From: the human T2T-CHM13v2.0 reference genome, Homo sapiens
NCBI RefSeq assembly: GCF_009914755.1
Contig: NC_060931.1
Strand: one strand, 5' to 3'
DNA: 64,000 nt
Shown: in pieces, positions 27,082-46,471 of the stretch
Numbering within the stretch: the first letter of the stretch is position 1
Layout: each line of letters opens with the position of its first letter
The notes under the pieces: model-generated
Told to the model about the DNA's origin: nothing
Database searches by the model: none
The model's input: the letters and a program-made list of their open reading frames with translations, nothing else
Translations under genes and position numbers: made by a program

Positions 27082-27374
27082 TTTTTTTTTTTTTGAGACA
27101 AAGTCTTGCTCAGTTACCCAGGCTGGAGTCCAGTGGAACAATCTTAGCTCACTGAAACCTCCGCCTCCTGGGTTCAAGTGATTCTCGTGCCTCAGCCTTC
27201 CGAGTAGCTGGGGTTATAGGCACCCACCACCATGCCTGGCCAATTTTTGTATTTTTAGTAGAGACGAGGTTTTGCTGTGTTGGCCATGCTGGTCTCGAAC
27301 TCCTGACCTCAAGTGATCTGACTCCCTCAGCTCCCAAAGTGCTGGGATTACAGGCATGAGCCACCATGCCCATT
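27082..27374 (-). mobile_element. AluS
   Basis: TSD CCCCAAAATTTAA. Confidence 0.95.
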
Positions 27375-27441
27375 CCCCAAAATTTAACTTCTGAAAATGA
27401 GACCAAAAAAAAAAGAAAAAACTATCGAAAGGAGTCAGAGA

Positions 27442-27772
<331 letters not shown>

Positions 27773-28767
27773 CTACAGAGGAAAAACAATTTGAATGACA
27801 GTGGATTTCTCATCAAAACCCACAAAGCACAATAATTTTAATTATTGGAAGAAATTGTCAACTTAGAATCCTATACCCAGTGAAAATAAGGGAGAAGTCA
27901 AGAAAGGTTCAGATAAAAGAAAATGAAGAGAATTTTTCACCAGAAGACTTACTCTAAAAGAATGACTAAAGGAATTTTTCTAAACAGATAGAAAATGACA
28001 AAAGAAGGAATATCAGGAAAGAAAGAATACGGTAAGCAAAAATACAGGTAGATATAAAATACACGTAAATATAAATTTTTCTAAATCATATTTGATGGTT
28101 GAAGCAAAAATTATAATATTGATGTGGTTCCAAATATACATAAAAGACATATTTAAGACCACTATAAATGTGAGAAGGTAAAAGGACATAAAAGGAGGTA
28201 AGGTTTGTACTTCACTCAAATTACTAAGTTAACACAACCAATAAATTGTGATAAGTTATGCATATGTAGTATAATACAGCAACCACTGAAAAAGCTGTTC
28301 AAAGAGATATACTAAAAAACACTAAATAAATCAAAATGGAATTCTTGAAAAATGTTCACATTACCCACAGGAAGGCAGGAAAGAGAAAACAAAAAACAAA
28401 AGATAAACTTTTTTTAAATGGCAGATTTAAGTCCTAAGACATCAACTATTACATTAAATGTAAATGACCTAAATACAACAGTTAAGGACAGATTAACAGA
28501 ATGAATTTTAAAACATTACCCAACAATATGCAGTCACAAGAAACTCATTTCAAATATGACAATGGAGGCAGGCTGAAAGTAAAAGGATGGAAGAAGATAC
28601 ATCATGCAAACATTAATAGATGAAAGCAGAAGTGGCTATGTTAATATTAGGTAAAGTAGATTTTAGAGGAAAGAAAATTATCAAAGAGGGGCATTATATA
28701 TAATGTTTAAAAGGTCAATCCACTAGAAACACAGCAATCTTAGATGTGTGTATAAAATCACAGAACT

Positions 28768-29070
<303 letters not shown>

Positions 29071-32000
29071 CACAGAACTGCAAAATATGTGAAGCAAAAA
29101 CTGATAAAACAGAAAGGAGAAATAGACAAATTCACAATTGTTTCAATAATTAGAAAATAAGCAAGGATATAAAATAATTCAACAAGAATATAAATATCTA
29201 ACTGACATTTAAGGAGCACTTCATCCAACAACAGCACAGTACACATTATTTTCAAGTGTACGTGGATCATATACCAAGATAGAACATATCCTAGCTATGA
29301 AATAAACCTCAACATATTTAAAAGAATTTAAATCATAGAAAGTGTATATCTGACCACAATGGAATCCAACTAGAAATCAATAGCCAAAGGGTAATAGGAA
29401 AAAAAAAAAAAAACCTAAACATTTGGAAACTAAATAACACACTTCTGAATAAATCGTGAGTCAAAAATATTCTCTGGGATGGGGCCAAGATGGCTGACTA
29501 GAAACAGCGGCATTCGGAGGCTCCCATTGAAAAGAACTATAATAAGCAAGGTATCCAGGTTCTCTCATCAGAACTGACTAGGAGGCTGGTGTGATCCACA
29601 GAGAGGAAGAACAGTGTAGTGCAGTGGCCCACCTGAGAGCCACACAGGGCAGGAGAGCACCCCCCTATATCCCCAGCCAAGGGAGGTGGTGAGTGAGTGT
29701 GCTACCCAGCCGGGGAAACCGTGCTTTTTCCACAGAACTGTGAAACCTATAGATTGGAAGATCCCACTCACGACCCACGCCACCAGGGCCTAGCGTCCCA
29801 ACCCCAGAGCCGTGAAGTTTCTCAATAGCCTCTTAGCTGGAATCTGCTTAAGCCTACAGAGCTCCCCAGGGGAGGCATGACCAGCACCACAGCTGTGTCT
29901 GCCTGCTGTCTAAGCCGTTTGAGTTCCTTGGGGGAGGGGCAGCAGCCAGCACTGGGACTCACAACTGCCTAACACACTAAGCTCCCTGGGTGGTGGAAGG
30001 GCATCATCCATCTCTATAGCTCCAGGCTGTGCTTTTCCTCTGCTGGAGTCAGGGAGGCTGAACAGCTTGGTTCCAAGACATGTTCCCCAAAGCCCAACAC
30101 ACTGACTGTGGCTGACTGTGGCCAGAGTGCCTCTTCAGGCCTGACCCTGACCCATCCTTCCTCATTGGGTGGGGCTTTCCTGCAGGAACTTCAATAACTC
30201 CAGCCAGAGGCTCAGGGACAGAACCCAGATCTCCCTGGGCCTGAGCCCCTAGCGGGAGGGGTGACCACAGTCTTTGCAGACCAGCAGACTTAGCCTTTCC
30301 TCCTGGTAGTTCTGAGGAATCTGGGCAGCCCAGACAAGTGGGTTTCCCCCCAGCGAAGCACACCCCCCCAACCAAGGGACAAAGTGCTTCGTTAAATGGG
30401 TCCTGTTCCCCCTGCCACCCAACTGGGTAAGACCCTCCAACAGGGGTTGTCAGATACCCTATACGTGAGCAATACTGCTGGCATCAGGCTGGTACCCCTT
30501 GAGGTCAGAGATCCCAGAAGAAGGAGCAGGCACCCTTCTTTGCTATTCTCCAGCCTCCTTGAGTGACATCTCCAGGCCCAGGAGTGAACCAGATGACGAG
30601 GGCCTGAAGTGAAACCCCAGCAAACAGCAGCAGCCCTATAGAAAAGGGACCTGACCAATGAAAGAAAAACAAATAGAAAGCAACAACAACAGTATCAACA
30701 ACAACAAACAAGCCCCCAGAAAAACCCCATCCAAGGATCAGCGCCTCAAAGATCAAAACTAGACAAACTCATGAAGATGGGAAAGAATTAATGAAAAAAC
30801 ACTGAAAACCCAAAAGGCCAGAGTGCCTCCTCTCCTCCAAATGATCGCAATGTATCTCCAGCAATGGCACAGAATTGGTTGGAGGATGAGACAGACAAAT
30901 TGACAGAAGTAGGCTTCAGAAGATGAGTAATAAAAAACGGCTCTGAGCTAAAGGAGCATGTTCTAACCTAATGCAAAGAAGCTAAGAACGTTGATAAAAG
31001 GTTAGAGTAGCTGCTAACTAGAATAACCAGTTTAGAGAGGAACATAAATGACCTGGTGGAGCTGAAAAACAGCACAAGAACCTTGTGAAGCATACACAAG
31101 TATCAATAGCCGAATCGACCACGCAGAAGAAAGGATATCAGAGTTTGAAGACAACCTTGCTGAAATAAGGCATGCAGACAAGACTAGAGAAAAAAGAATA
31201 AAAAGGAATCAACAAAGCCTCCAAGAAATGTGGGACTTCATAAAAAGACTAAACCTACGATTGATCAGAGTACCTGAGGGAGACGGAGAATGGAAACAAG
31301 TTGGAAAACACACTTTATGATATTATCCAGGAGAACTTCTCCAACCTCGCAAGACAGGCCAATATGCAAATTCAGGAAATACAGAGAACATCACTAAGAT
31401 ATTCCATGAGAAGATCAACCCCAAGACACATAATCTTCAGATTCTCTAAGGTCAAAATGAAGGAAAAAATGTTAAGGGCAGCCAGAGAGAAAGGCCAGGT
31501 CATCTACAAAGGGAAGCCCATCAGACTAACAGCGGCCCTCTCAGCAGAAACTCTACAAGCCAGAAAAGATTGGGAGTCAATATTCAACATTCTTAGAGAA
31601 AAAAAATTTCAACCCAGAATTTCATATGTGGCCAAACTAATCTTCATAAGCAAAGGATAAATCAAATCCTTTCCAGACAAGCAAATACTGAGGGGTTTCA
31701 TTACCACCATGGCTGCCTTGCAAGAGCTCCTGAAAGAAGCACTAAATATGAAAAACAAAAACCAGTACCAGCCACTGCAAAACCACACCAAAATATAAAG
31801 ACCAATGACACTATGAAGAAACTGCATCAATTAGTGCACAAAATAACCAAATAGCATCATGATGACAGGATCAAATTGACACATTACAATACTAACCTTA
31901 AATGTAAATGGGCTAAATGCCCCAGTTAAAAGACACAGACTGGCAAATTGGATAAAGAGTCAAGTCCCATTGGTGTGCTGCATCCAGGAGACCTGTCTTA

Positions 32001-34018
32001 TGTGCAAAGACACACATAGGCTCAAAATAAAGGGATGGAGAAAAATTTACCAAGCAAATGGAAAGCAAAAAAAAAAAAAGTAGGGGTTGCAATCCTAGTC
32101 TCTGACAAAATAGACTTTAAACCAACAAAATCAAAAAAGACAAAGAAGGGTATTACATAATGGTAAAGGGAACAATTCAACAAGAAGAGCTAACTGTTCT
32201 AAATATATATGCACCCAATACAGGAGCACCCAGATTCATAAAACAAGTTCTTAGAGACCCAAAAAGAGACAGACTCCCACACAATAATAGTGGAAGACTT
32301 TAACACCCCACTGTCAATATTAGACAGATCAACAAGACAGAAAATTAACAAGGATATTCAGGACTTGAACTCTCAGCTCTGGATCAAGTGGATCTAATAG
32401 ACATCTACAGAAATCTCCACCCCAAATCAACAGAATATACGTTCTTCTCTGTGCCACATGGCACTTATTCTAAAACTGACCACATAATTGGAAGTAAAAC
32501 AGTCCTCAACAAATGCAAAAGAACTGAAATCATAGCAAACAGTCTCTCAGACCACAGTGCAATCAAATTACAACTCAGGATTAAAAAACTCACTCAAAAC
32601 CACACGATTACATGGAAATTGAACAATCTGCTCCTGAATGACTCCTCGGTAAATAATGAAATTAAAGCAGAAATCAAGAAGTTCTTTGAAACCAATGAGA
32701 ACAAAGAGACAATGTACCACAATCTCTGGGACACAGCTAAAGCATTGTGTTAAGGGGGAAATTTATGGCACTAAACACCCACATCAGAAAGCGAGAAAGA
32801 TCTCAAATCCACACCCAAATATCACAATTAAAAGAGCTAGAGAGGCAAGAGCAAACTAATCCAAAAGCTAGCAGAAGACAAGAAATAACTAAGATTAGAG
32901 CAGAATTGAAGGAGATAGAGACACAAAAAACTCCCCCAAAAATCACTGACTCCAGCAGCTGTTTTTTTAAAAAAATTAACAAAATAGACCACTGGCTAGA
33001 CAAATAAAGAAGAAAAGAGAGAAAAATCAAATAGACACAATAAAAATGATAAGGGGATATCACCACTGATCCCACAGAAATATAAACTACCATCAGAGAA
33101 TACTATCAACACCTTGATGCAAATAAACTAGAAAATCTAGAAGAAATGGAGAAATTCCTGGACACACACACCCTCCCAAGACTAAACCAAGAAGTCGGAT
33201 CCCTGAATAGACCAATAGCAAGTTCTGAAATTGAGGCAATAATTAATAGCCTACCAAGCAAAAAAAAGCTCAGAACCAGACGGATTCACGGCTGAATTTT
33301 ACCAGAAGTACAAAGAAGAGCTGGTACCATTCCTTCTGAAACTACTCCAAACAATTGAAAAGGAGGGACTCCTCCCTAACTCAATTTATGAAGCCACCAT
33401 CATCCTGATACCAAAACCAGGAAGAGACACAACAAAAAAAAGAAAACTTCAGACCAATATTCCTGATGAACATCAATACGAAAATCCTCAATAAAATACT
33501 GGCAAACCGAATCCAGCAGCATATCAAAAAACGTATCCACCATGATGAAGTTGGCTTCATCCCTGGGATGCAAGGCTGGTTCAACATATGCAAATCAATA
33601 AACATAATCCATCACATAAACAGAACCAAAGACAAAAACCACATAATTATCTCAATAGATGCAAAAAAGAGTTTTGATAAAATTCAACATCCCTTCATGT
33701 TAAAAACTCTCAATAAACTAGGTATTGATGGAACATATCTCAAAATAATGAGAGCTATTTATGACAATATATAGCCAATATCATATTGAATAGGCAAAAG
33801 CTGGACACATTCCCTTTGAAAACCAGTACAAGACAAGGATGCCCTCTCTCACCACCCCTGTTCAACATAGTATTGGAAGCTCTGGCCAGGGCAATCAGGC
33901 AAGAGAAAGAAGTAAAGGGAATTCAAACAGGAAGAGAGGAAGTCAAATGGTCTCTGTTTGCAGATGACATGATTTTATATTTAGAAAACCCCAACATCTC
34001 AGCCCCAAAACTCCTTAA

Positions 34019-34117
<99 letters not shown>

Positions 34118-35120
34118 TAAATGAACTCCCATTCACGATTGCTACAAAGAGAATAAAACACCTAGGAATACAGCTAACAAGGGATGTGAAGGACCTCTTC
34201 AAGGAGAACTACAGACCACCAAGGAAACAAGAGAGGATACAAACAAGCGGAAAAACATTCCATCCTCGTGGATAGGAAGAATCAATATCATGAAAATGGC
34301 AGTACTGCCCAAAGTAATTTATAGATTCAACACTTTTCCCATCAAACTACCACTGACATTCTTCACAGATTTAGAAAAAACTACTTTAAATTTCATATGG
34401 AATCAAAGAAAACCCCGAATAGCCAAGACAATCCTAAGCAGAAGGAACAAAGCTGGAGAGGTATCACACTACCTAACTTCAAACTGTACTACGAGGCTAC
34501 AGTAACCAAAACAGATATATAGACCAATGCAACAGAACGGAGACCTCAGAAATAATACCACACATCTACAACTATCTGATCTTTGACAAACCTGACAAAA
34601 ACAAGCAATGGGGAAAGGATTCCCTGTTCAATAAGTGATGCTGGGAAAACTGGCTAGCCATGTGCAGAAAACTGAAACTGGACCCCTTCCTTACACCTTA
34701 TACAAAAATTAACTGAAGATGGATTAAAGACTTAAATGTAAAACCCAAAACCAGAAAAACTCCAGAAGAAAACCTAGGCAATACCATTCAGGACATAGGC
34801 ATGGGTAAAGACTTCATGACAAAACACCAAAAGCAATTGCAACAGAAGCCAAAATTGACAAATGGGATCTAATTATACTAAAGAGCTTCTGCATAGCAAA
34901 AGAAACCAGCATCAGAGTGAACAGGCAACCTACAGAATGGGAGAAAATGTTTGCAATCTACCCATCTGACAAAGGTCTAATATCCAGAATTTACATGGAA
35001 CTTAAACATATTTACAAGAAAAAAACAGACAACCCCATCAAAAAGTGGGCAAAGGATATGAAGACGCTTCTCAAAAGAAGACATTCATGCAGCCAACAAG
35101 CATATGTAAAAAAGCTCAAT

Positions 35121-35617
<497 letters not shown>

Positions 35618-35855
35618 TCAAGGATCTAGAACCAGAACTACCATTTGACCCAGCAATCCCATTACTGGGTATATACCCAAAGGAATATAAATCATTCTAC
35701 TATAAAGACACATGCACACATATGTTTATTGCAGCACTGTTTACAATAGCAAAGACATGGAACCAACCCAAATACCCATCAATGATAGACTGGATAAAGA
35801 AAATGTGGCCATATACACCATGGAATACTATGCAGCCATAAAAAGGAATGGGATC

Positions 35856-38980
<3,125 letters not shown>

Positions 38981-40382
38981 GGAATGAGATCATGTCTTTT
39001 CCAGGGACGTGGATGAAGCTGGAAGCCATCATCTTCAGCAAACTTAATACAGGAACAGAAAACCAAACACCACATGTTTTCACTCATAAGTGGGAGTTGA
39101 ACAGTGAGAACACATGGACACATAGAGGGGAAAATCACACACCAGGGCCTGTTGCGGGGTGAGGGGTGAGGGGAGGGAACATAGAGGATGTGTCAATAGG
39201 TGCAGCAAACCACCATAGCACACATATACCTATGTAACAAACCTGCACGTTCTGCACATGTATCCTGGCTTTTTTTAGAAGAAATAAAGGAAACAAAAAT
39301 TAAAAAAAAAATTCTCAAAGGAAGTAAAAATATGTATTTAAATTAATGGAAATGAAACTATAATATATTAAAATAAGTGAGATATAGCTAAAGCAGTACT
39401 GATACAGAAATTTATAGAACTAACTGCATATGCTAAAAAATGAGAAAACATCTGAAATCAATAATCTAAGCTCCCACCTCAGGGACCTATAAAAAGAAAA
39501 GCAAATAAACTCAAAGCAAGCAGAAAGAAGATAATAAAGATAAGAGCAGAAATTAATAAAATTAAAAACAGAAAAATGACACAGAAAATCAGTGAAACAA
39601 CTGGTTGTTTGAACAGATCAATAAAATTGACAAACTTCTATTAATACTGACAAATAAAGAAAAAAAGACATAAATTACTAACATGAGGAATGAAACAGGA
39701 TATCACTAAAAATCCTGCATACATCAAAGAGTTAATAGAAAACACTACACACAAATTTGACAACTTACAGAAAATGGATTATTTCCTCAATAAAATATGA
39801 ACTACCCCAACTCATTCAATATGAAATAGAATATTTGAATACCCCTGTAACTAATAAGGAAATTGATTTCATAATTTTAAAACCCTAAAAAAGAAATCAC
39901 CTGGCCTAGGTGGTTTTAGAAGAGAATTTTACTAATAAAGGAAGAATTAATACCAATTCTATACAATTTCTTCCAGAAAATAGGAGTTCTCAGTTCATTT
40001 TATGAAGCCACTGTTAGTGTGATATCAAAACCAGACAAGGGCAAAACAAAAAAGGAAATGACAGAATAAGATTTTGCATAAATATAGATTTAACAAGCTA
40101 AATCTAACAAAATATTAGCAAATAGAATTCAGCTCTAAATAAAAAGAATTATACACCATGACCAAGTGAAGTCTATTTCAGGAATTCAAGGTTAGTTTAA
40201 TATTCAAAAAGTAATTGATGAAATCCTTCATATTAGCAAGCTTAAGAAGAAAAATCACAAGATCCTATTAATTGGCACAGAAATTGGTATTCAACAGAAT
40301 TCAGTACCCATCCATGATAAAAAGTCTCAGAAAAACATAGGAATAAAGGGGATCTTACTCAATAAAGTCCATTCTTACCACT

Positions 40383-40736
40383 TGATATAGTTTGGCTGTG
40401 TCCCCACCCAAATCTCACCTTTAATTGTAATAATCCCCACGTGTCAAGGCAGGGTCAGGTGGAGATAATTGAATCACGGGAACAGTTTCCCCATACTCTT
40501 CTCGTGGTACTGAACAAGTCTCAGGAGATCCGATGGTTTTATAAATAGGAGTTCCCCTGCATAAGCTGTCTTGCGTGCCACCATGTAAGACATGACTTTG
40601 CTCCTCCTTTGCCTTCTGCCAAGATTGCGAGGCCTCCCCAGCCATGTGGAACTGTGAGTCAATTAAACCTTTTTCCTTTATAAATTACCCAGCATTGGGT
40701 ATGTTTTTATTAGCAGCGTGAGAATAGAATAATACA
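40383..40736 (+). mobile_element. THE1 (ERVL-MaLR) solo LTR
   Basis: TGATATAGTTTGGCTGTGTCCCC..TAATACA; 5-bp TSD CCACT. Confidence 0.92.
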
Positions 40737-40888
40737 CCACTCTATTGAACATTGTGCTAGAAGTTCTAGCCACTGCAATAAGGCAATAAAAAAATAAAAA
40801 GCATACAAATCAGAAAGGAAAAAATAAAATGATCCCTACTGTGAAAGATGTTATTCTCTATGTAGAAAATCCTAATAAATTTACCAAA

Positions 40889-40908
40889 ACACACACGCAC
40901 GCATGCGT

Positions 40909-40938
<30 letters not shown>
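40889..40938. repeat. Interrupted (CA)n microsatellite
   Basis: Directly visible. Confidence 0.95.
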
Positions 40939-40940
<2 letters not shown>

Positions 40941-42681
40941 CCTTTAGAATTAATAAGTTATGCTAGGCCTCAGAATACAAGATAAATGTACAAAATTAAT
41001 TGCTCTTCTATAAATAAGCAATGAACATGTGAACACCAAAATTACAAAATATCTCAAAAAAAATACTTGGTTTTACAGGGTTTCTATGCTGAAAAGTATA
41101 CAACATGAATAAGAGAAATTTTAAAATATCTAAATGAGTGGAAAGATGTAGCATGTTCATAAATTGAAAGCCTCAATAAAGATGTCAGTTCTTCCCAGCT
41201 TAATATACAAGTTTAACACGATGCCTATCAAAATCCCAGCAAGATCTTTTGTATATATAGACAAGATTATTCCAGAATTTATCTGCCGATGCATTAAAAT
41301 AGCAAAAACAATTTTGACAAACAAGGATAAAATGGGAGAGATCAGTCTATCTGATTTCAAGAACTTTTATATAGCTAGAGTAATCAAGACAGTAGTATTA
41401 GAGGAGAAATAAACATACACATCAGTGGAACTGAGGCAAAAACCAAGAAATAGACCACATAAATTTGCTCCACTGATTTTGATAGGGAATTCAAAAGCAA
41501 TTCAATGGAGAAAAAAGAGACTTTTCAACAAATGGTGCTGGAACAATTGGATATCCATAGGCTAAAAAAATGAACTTTAAACTTACATCTTATACAAAAA
41601 TTAACTCACAAAAAAACCTGTGTGTATAACTATTTATAAGAGCCATAAACTGGAAATAATCTATATGTCATTGAATGGATGAATTATTAAACAAACTATG
41701 GTACATTCATGTCACAGACTCAGCAATTATAATAAGGAATGAACTGCTGATGCACAAAACAACATAGATGAATCTCCAGACAATTACTCTGAGAAAAAAA
41801 AAAGCTGATCCTAGAAGGTTACATACAGTATGATTCCTTTATGCAACATTCTTAAAATAACAAAATAATATAACTTGATAATAGATTAATAATGGTTGCC
41901 AGGAATTAAGGAGGGGATGGGAAAGGAGGGAAGCAGGTACTACAAGAGGGCAACATGGGGGCAGTGTTCTCTATCTTGACTACATCAATGTCAATATCCT
42001 GATTGTGATATTGTTCTATGGTTTTGCAAGCTATTTTGGGGAAATTGGGTGAAGAGTTCATGGGATCTCTCTGTATTACTTCTCTCAAATGCAGTTAAGT
42101 CTACAGTTATCTCAAAATTTAAAAGTTTAATTGAAAGTATAGCTGAAATTCTATGGTTAAAAAATGGAATGCTAAAAAAACAGAGATTTTAAGTGGCTGC
42201 AATTATTAGTTTACAAAAGCTCCCCCGAGGAAAACTTCCCTCTCTTTAGACTCACGTTGATTTTTTTACTGGTTATAGAAAAAAATCTCATAGCATATAT
42301 ACTGAATCCATTCTAATAGAATAAACAGAATAGATTTTTAGAGCAAACAACTACTTTACTTTTTAGTGACCATCTACTTTAACTAGATATATAGGTAAGG
42401 AGCTGGGGCCCAGAGTGGCTATTATATTAGGAAGGCTGAGGTTAGAGTAGGTATCCAAATAAACATATCCTCTAGGCATTTAGAAATACAGGATTGGAAT
42501 AGTGCTAAAAAAAAAATCATGATCAGAGATGAAGACTTCTAAATGATGGTAAAATTCTTAAACTTTAAGAAGTTATGAACTTACTAAAAGGAAAAATATT
42601 ATTTATACTATGACAACATACCTAGGACTACAAAGTAGGTCCATGATGGACAAAAATTCACGTATTTCATTTCTTTTCTAG

Positions 42682-43102
42682 ACTAAATCCGGCTACTTGC
42701 AGAAATATAAAGAAATACAGCACATCTTGGACAGCACCCAGAAATCACCCTTTTGTAATCCAAGGGGATGTTATGGCAAACTCTTCAGAATGGGTCCAGT
42801 CTAAGCCCCACAGGTCATTGGAAAGTTTATCACCTCTCAAAGGCCCCAAGAAGAATAAACATTCTCAAATCTGGGCCATAAAGAATGAAGACATAAAACC
42901 TCTCAGCAGCAAGTGGGAGACTGCTTCTTCAAGCTTTGGAATGGATGCAAATGTTCTAAAATATAAGAGTCTTCAAGCTGAAGAAACTAACCAGCAAAGC
43001 TCTAAGCATACAGCCCTCCATCTAACTAAAAATAAGGATGAGCAGGCCAATAAGAATGATGGACAACCCACCTTATATCTGAAGTTCCAAAGGGAGAGTT
43101 AA
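42682..43102 (+). CDS. AGBL3: AGBL3 terminal coding exon: (Q)LNPATCRNIKKYSTSWTAPRNHPFVIQGDVMANSSEWVQ...GQPTLYLKFQRES*
   Basis: ttcatttcttttctag acceptor, phase 2 matching the donor at 23457, open to TAA at 43100-43102, non-repetitive sequence. Confidence 0.8.
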
Positions 43103-43690
43103 TCTAGCTTTATACTGCTCTGAGAACTGTGAATGAAGGATAACATATGCTTATGTAGTAAAAAGAAAAAAAGGAAAGCCCTCCCCTTCCCCTTTCCCTA
43201 TCTCTCCCCTTACACATGCATATGCATAAACTAAAAATTTTAGATATCCCATCTTCTGTAGTGGGAACATCTTTCAGAGATTTAAAAAGAAATCCAGAGA
43301 AAATATGGAAAAATATTAAAGCAGATATTTATATTTAGTTTTTAATCAGCATGGAAAAAAATCTCTGAAGTTTTGATTTCTTCCAAAACTACTTACACAT
43401 TCGACACCAAAAAAACTTAAGAACTCAAAGTAGGAATGACATATAATATGTCACTGATTTTAACCTCCCTACTAGACACTTTAATCAATTAGTCAACAAA
43501 CATCATTTCCTGATTTTCTGTTATATCATTAGTGTGCTAGGAACCATTTCTCTCTACTAGGAGATTACCACATAATTGTACAGATAAAACATACCTGAAT
43601 AAAATGATTACAGAATAAGATAAAGTGTTAAGTTGTGCACTTCCAATGATTAGAAAAAATACTGTATATTAAAAGTTGCCAGTTGCACAA
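43103..43690 (+). other. AGBL3: Probable AGBL3 3' UTR with candidate polyadenylation signals (AATAAA 43598-43603, ATTAAA 43668-43673)
   Basis: Follows the stop codon; hexamers visible; cleavage site cannot be determined. Confidence 0.5.
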
Positions 43691-44959
43691 AGCAAAAGTG
43701 TGGCACAACATGGCACTGAAATGCATAGACTGTGGTTTAAAATAATCATTTTATTTCTCAAAATGTAGCAAAGGTGTAAAGATGTACAGTTTCCTTTACA
43801 GCGAATTGGTTTACATCTCCAGCCATTTATTCATGTGAACACTGGAATAAGTCCAGCACCTCAGTTTGTCATTCATAAGGCAGTGAGCACTGGGAGGGAT
43901 TTGTGAAGGACACACAGAGGAGCAAGTATGTCAGGCAGAAGAGTCAAGATGCATGTAGTAAGTCAGAAAACAGAATCAAGCAGCCTTGAGTCATAGGTCA
44001 ACAATGGCATCCATTAGAGGATGAGGCTAAGCATAAGAAGGGTCAGGTAGGAGAGGTACATTAAAAATACAGGCCACAGCCTAATTACAGCTGGGTGGAA
44101 CTATGAAGATCTGGGGTTGAGTGGTCTACTCTCAACAGTATTTCTAGTAGCTAAAGAGTTTCCAAGGAGAGCCCACTGCACTGTTAAAAGAGTAACTATT
44201 ATGTTTTAAAGGACCATGACCATAGATTTCCTCAGGAATCTTTAATATCTGGTGGGAAATAGCTATCTTCTAAATACATTAGATGGTGCTTTGAAGGCAA
44301 GTATCCTGGTTCTCAAAGAGTACCCCAACTTTTGGTATAAAATTCTCATCCTTAGTGATTATCTTGGGCAAGAGCAGAAGTCTACTTGCTTTTGGGATGC
44401 CCTCTGCCAGGTAGGTGCTCGGGCTTGGGAAAGCCAGAGGTTAATGTTCCGGATCATAGCATTTATTGTAGCTGACTTCAGGATGGAGTAAGAGTTCTCA
44501 AAATTCCATTGGCCCTTCTCCACAAAGATCAGGACAAAAGCCTAAACTCTGGGAAAATATTTTTAATTCAGTGAAATGTCATTTGAATCTTCGACTGCCT
44601 AAGAGTTTGAAATTGTAAACTCTGGAATGTATTGTCTTTGTGGATGACCAAAAAAGGTGATAAACCAGTTTCCTGGAAGATTTAGGGATGCACAGATATT
44701 ACCTAAACAATTTTACCTTGGTCCATAATTGCACTCCTTGTATTTGATACAAATATAAGATGCTTTACCCAAAGTAAGAGGATTGGCAGTCCACTTCCTC
44801 ACTATGCTACAATACTTTCAGTTTTCTGAGCATGCCACTCTCTCATAAAAGCTATTTATTCTCTCAGCCCAGCATCTCCTCCACCTGGCAGCCCCTACTT
44901 CTTTAAGATTCAACTCAACTGCTGCCTTCTCTGGCAAACCTTCCATATATTTCCATAGA

Positions 44960-46470
44960 AATTTAAAACAACTACGATGAATATGCTGACAGTTCTAATG
45001 GGAAAATTGGACAATGCAAGAACAGATGGGTAATATAAGCAGAGAGATGGGAACTAAGAAACAAAAAAAAAATGCTAGAAATCAAAAACACTGTAACAGA
45101 ATGAATGATGATGGACTACCCAACAGGTAAGACACAACTGAGGAAAGAGTCAGTATGCTTAAAACAATGTCAATAGAAACTAGCAAAACTTAAATGCAGA
45201 GCAAAAAAGAATGAAAAATTCAGAATATCCAAAAACTGCAGGACAATTTTAAAAGGTATGTAACGTGTAATGGGACTACTGGAAGTAAAGGAAAAAAAGG
45301 AACACAAGAAATATTGAAGCAGTAATGACGGAGAATTTCTCAAAATGAACGACACCAAACCACAGATCCAGAAAGCTCACAGAATACCAGGAATGATAAA
45401 TACCAAAAAAATCAAAGACCAAGAAAAAATCTTGAAAAAAACACCTTATGTATAGATAAGCAGGGATAAGAATTACATCAGACATCTCTTCAGAAACCAT
45501 GCAAGAAAGAAGAGAGTGGAGTGAAACATTTAAAGGGTTTAAAGAACCACTGTCTCAGCTCAGGCTGCTGTAACAAAATACCATAAACTAGGCTGCTTAA
45601 TGAAACAATAGAAATTTATCTCAGTTCTGAGGCTGGGAAGTCCAAGATCAAGATGTCAACAGATCCAGTGTCCAGTGAGGGCAGTCATCTTGGTTTGCAG
45701 GTGGCCTTCTTGTTGTATCCTCGCATGGTAGGGAGAGATCATCCCACGTCTCTTCTTATGATCACTAATCTCATTCATGAGGGCTTCACCCTCATGACCT
45801 AATTACCACCCAAAGGTCCTGTCTTCTAATACGATCACACTAGGGGTTAGGATTGCAACATATGAAATTTGGGGGAATGCAACATCAGACCATAACAACC
45901 GCTGACTACAGTTCTGTATCCAGTGAAATTGTCCTCCAAAAGTGAAAGAGAAATGGACTTTTTCAGACAAACAAAAATTGTGGGAATTTGTCATCTCTAG
46001 AGCTGCTCTTTTTTTTAATGTTAAAAGAAATTCTTTAGAAAGGATGAAAATTATACAGGTCAGAAATTCTGGCCTACGTAAACAAAGGGAAAGCAATAGA
46101 AAAGGAATAAATGAAGGTAAAATAAAATCTTTTATTTTTCTTAATTACCTAACAGATAATAGTTTGTTCAAAACAATAACAGTGTATTCAGAAATTATAG
46201 CTTATTGATAAGTGAAATGAATAGCAGCAATGTTGTAAGGAATCGGAGGGAGGAATTGGGAATACCCTGTTACAAAATACTTGTACTACCAAAGAAGCAA
46301 GTGGTATAGGGTTATTTGAGAAAGGATTGGATTCATTGTAAATGTATCCTGTAAATTCAAGGGTAAAAAAGAGGTAGAATTGATATACTAAAATAGGAAA
46401 AAAATCAAATCATACAAAATATTCAATTAAAATAGAAGGAGGTAGAAAACAAGTGGAAGACAAAATAATA
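44960..46470 (+). mobile_element. Old L1M ORF1 region
   Basis: L1 ORF1-like remnants (SDKQKLWEFVISR; ACATCAGACATCTCTTCAGAAACCATGCAAG). Confidence 0.7.
45551..45897 (-). mobile_element. MLT1A-type LTR
   Basis: TGTCTCAGCTCAGGCTGCTGTAACAAAATACC..CAGACCATAACA; TSD ACC(A/G)C. Confidence 0.85.
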
Positions 46471-46471
46471 A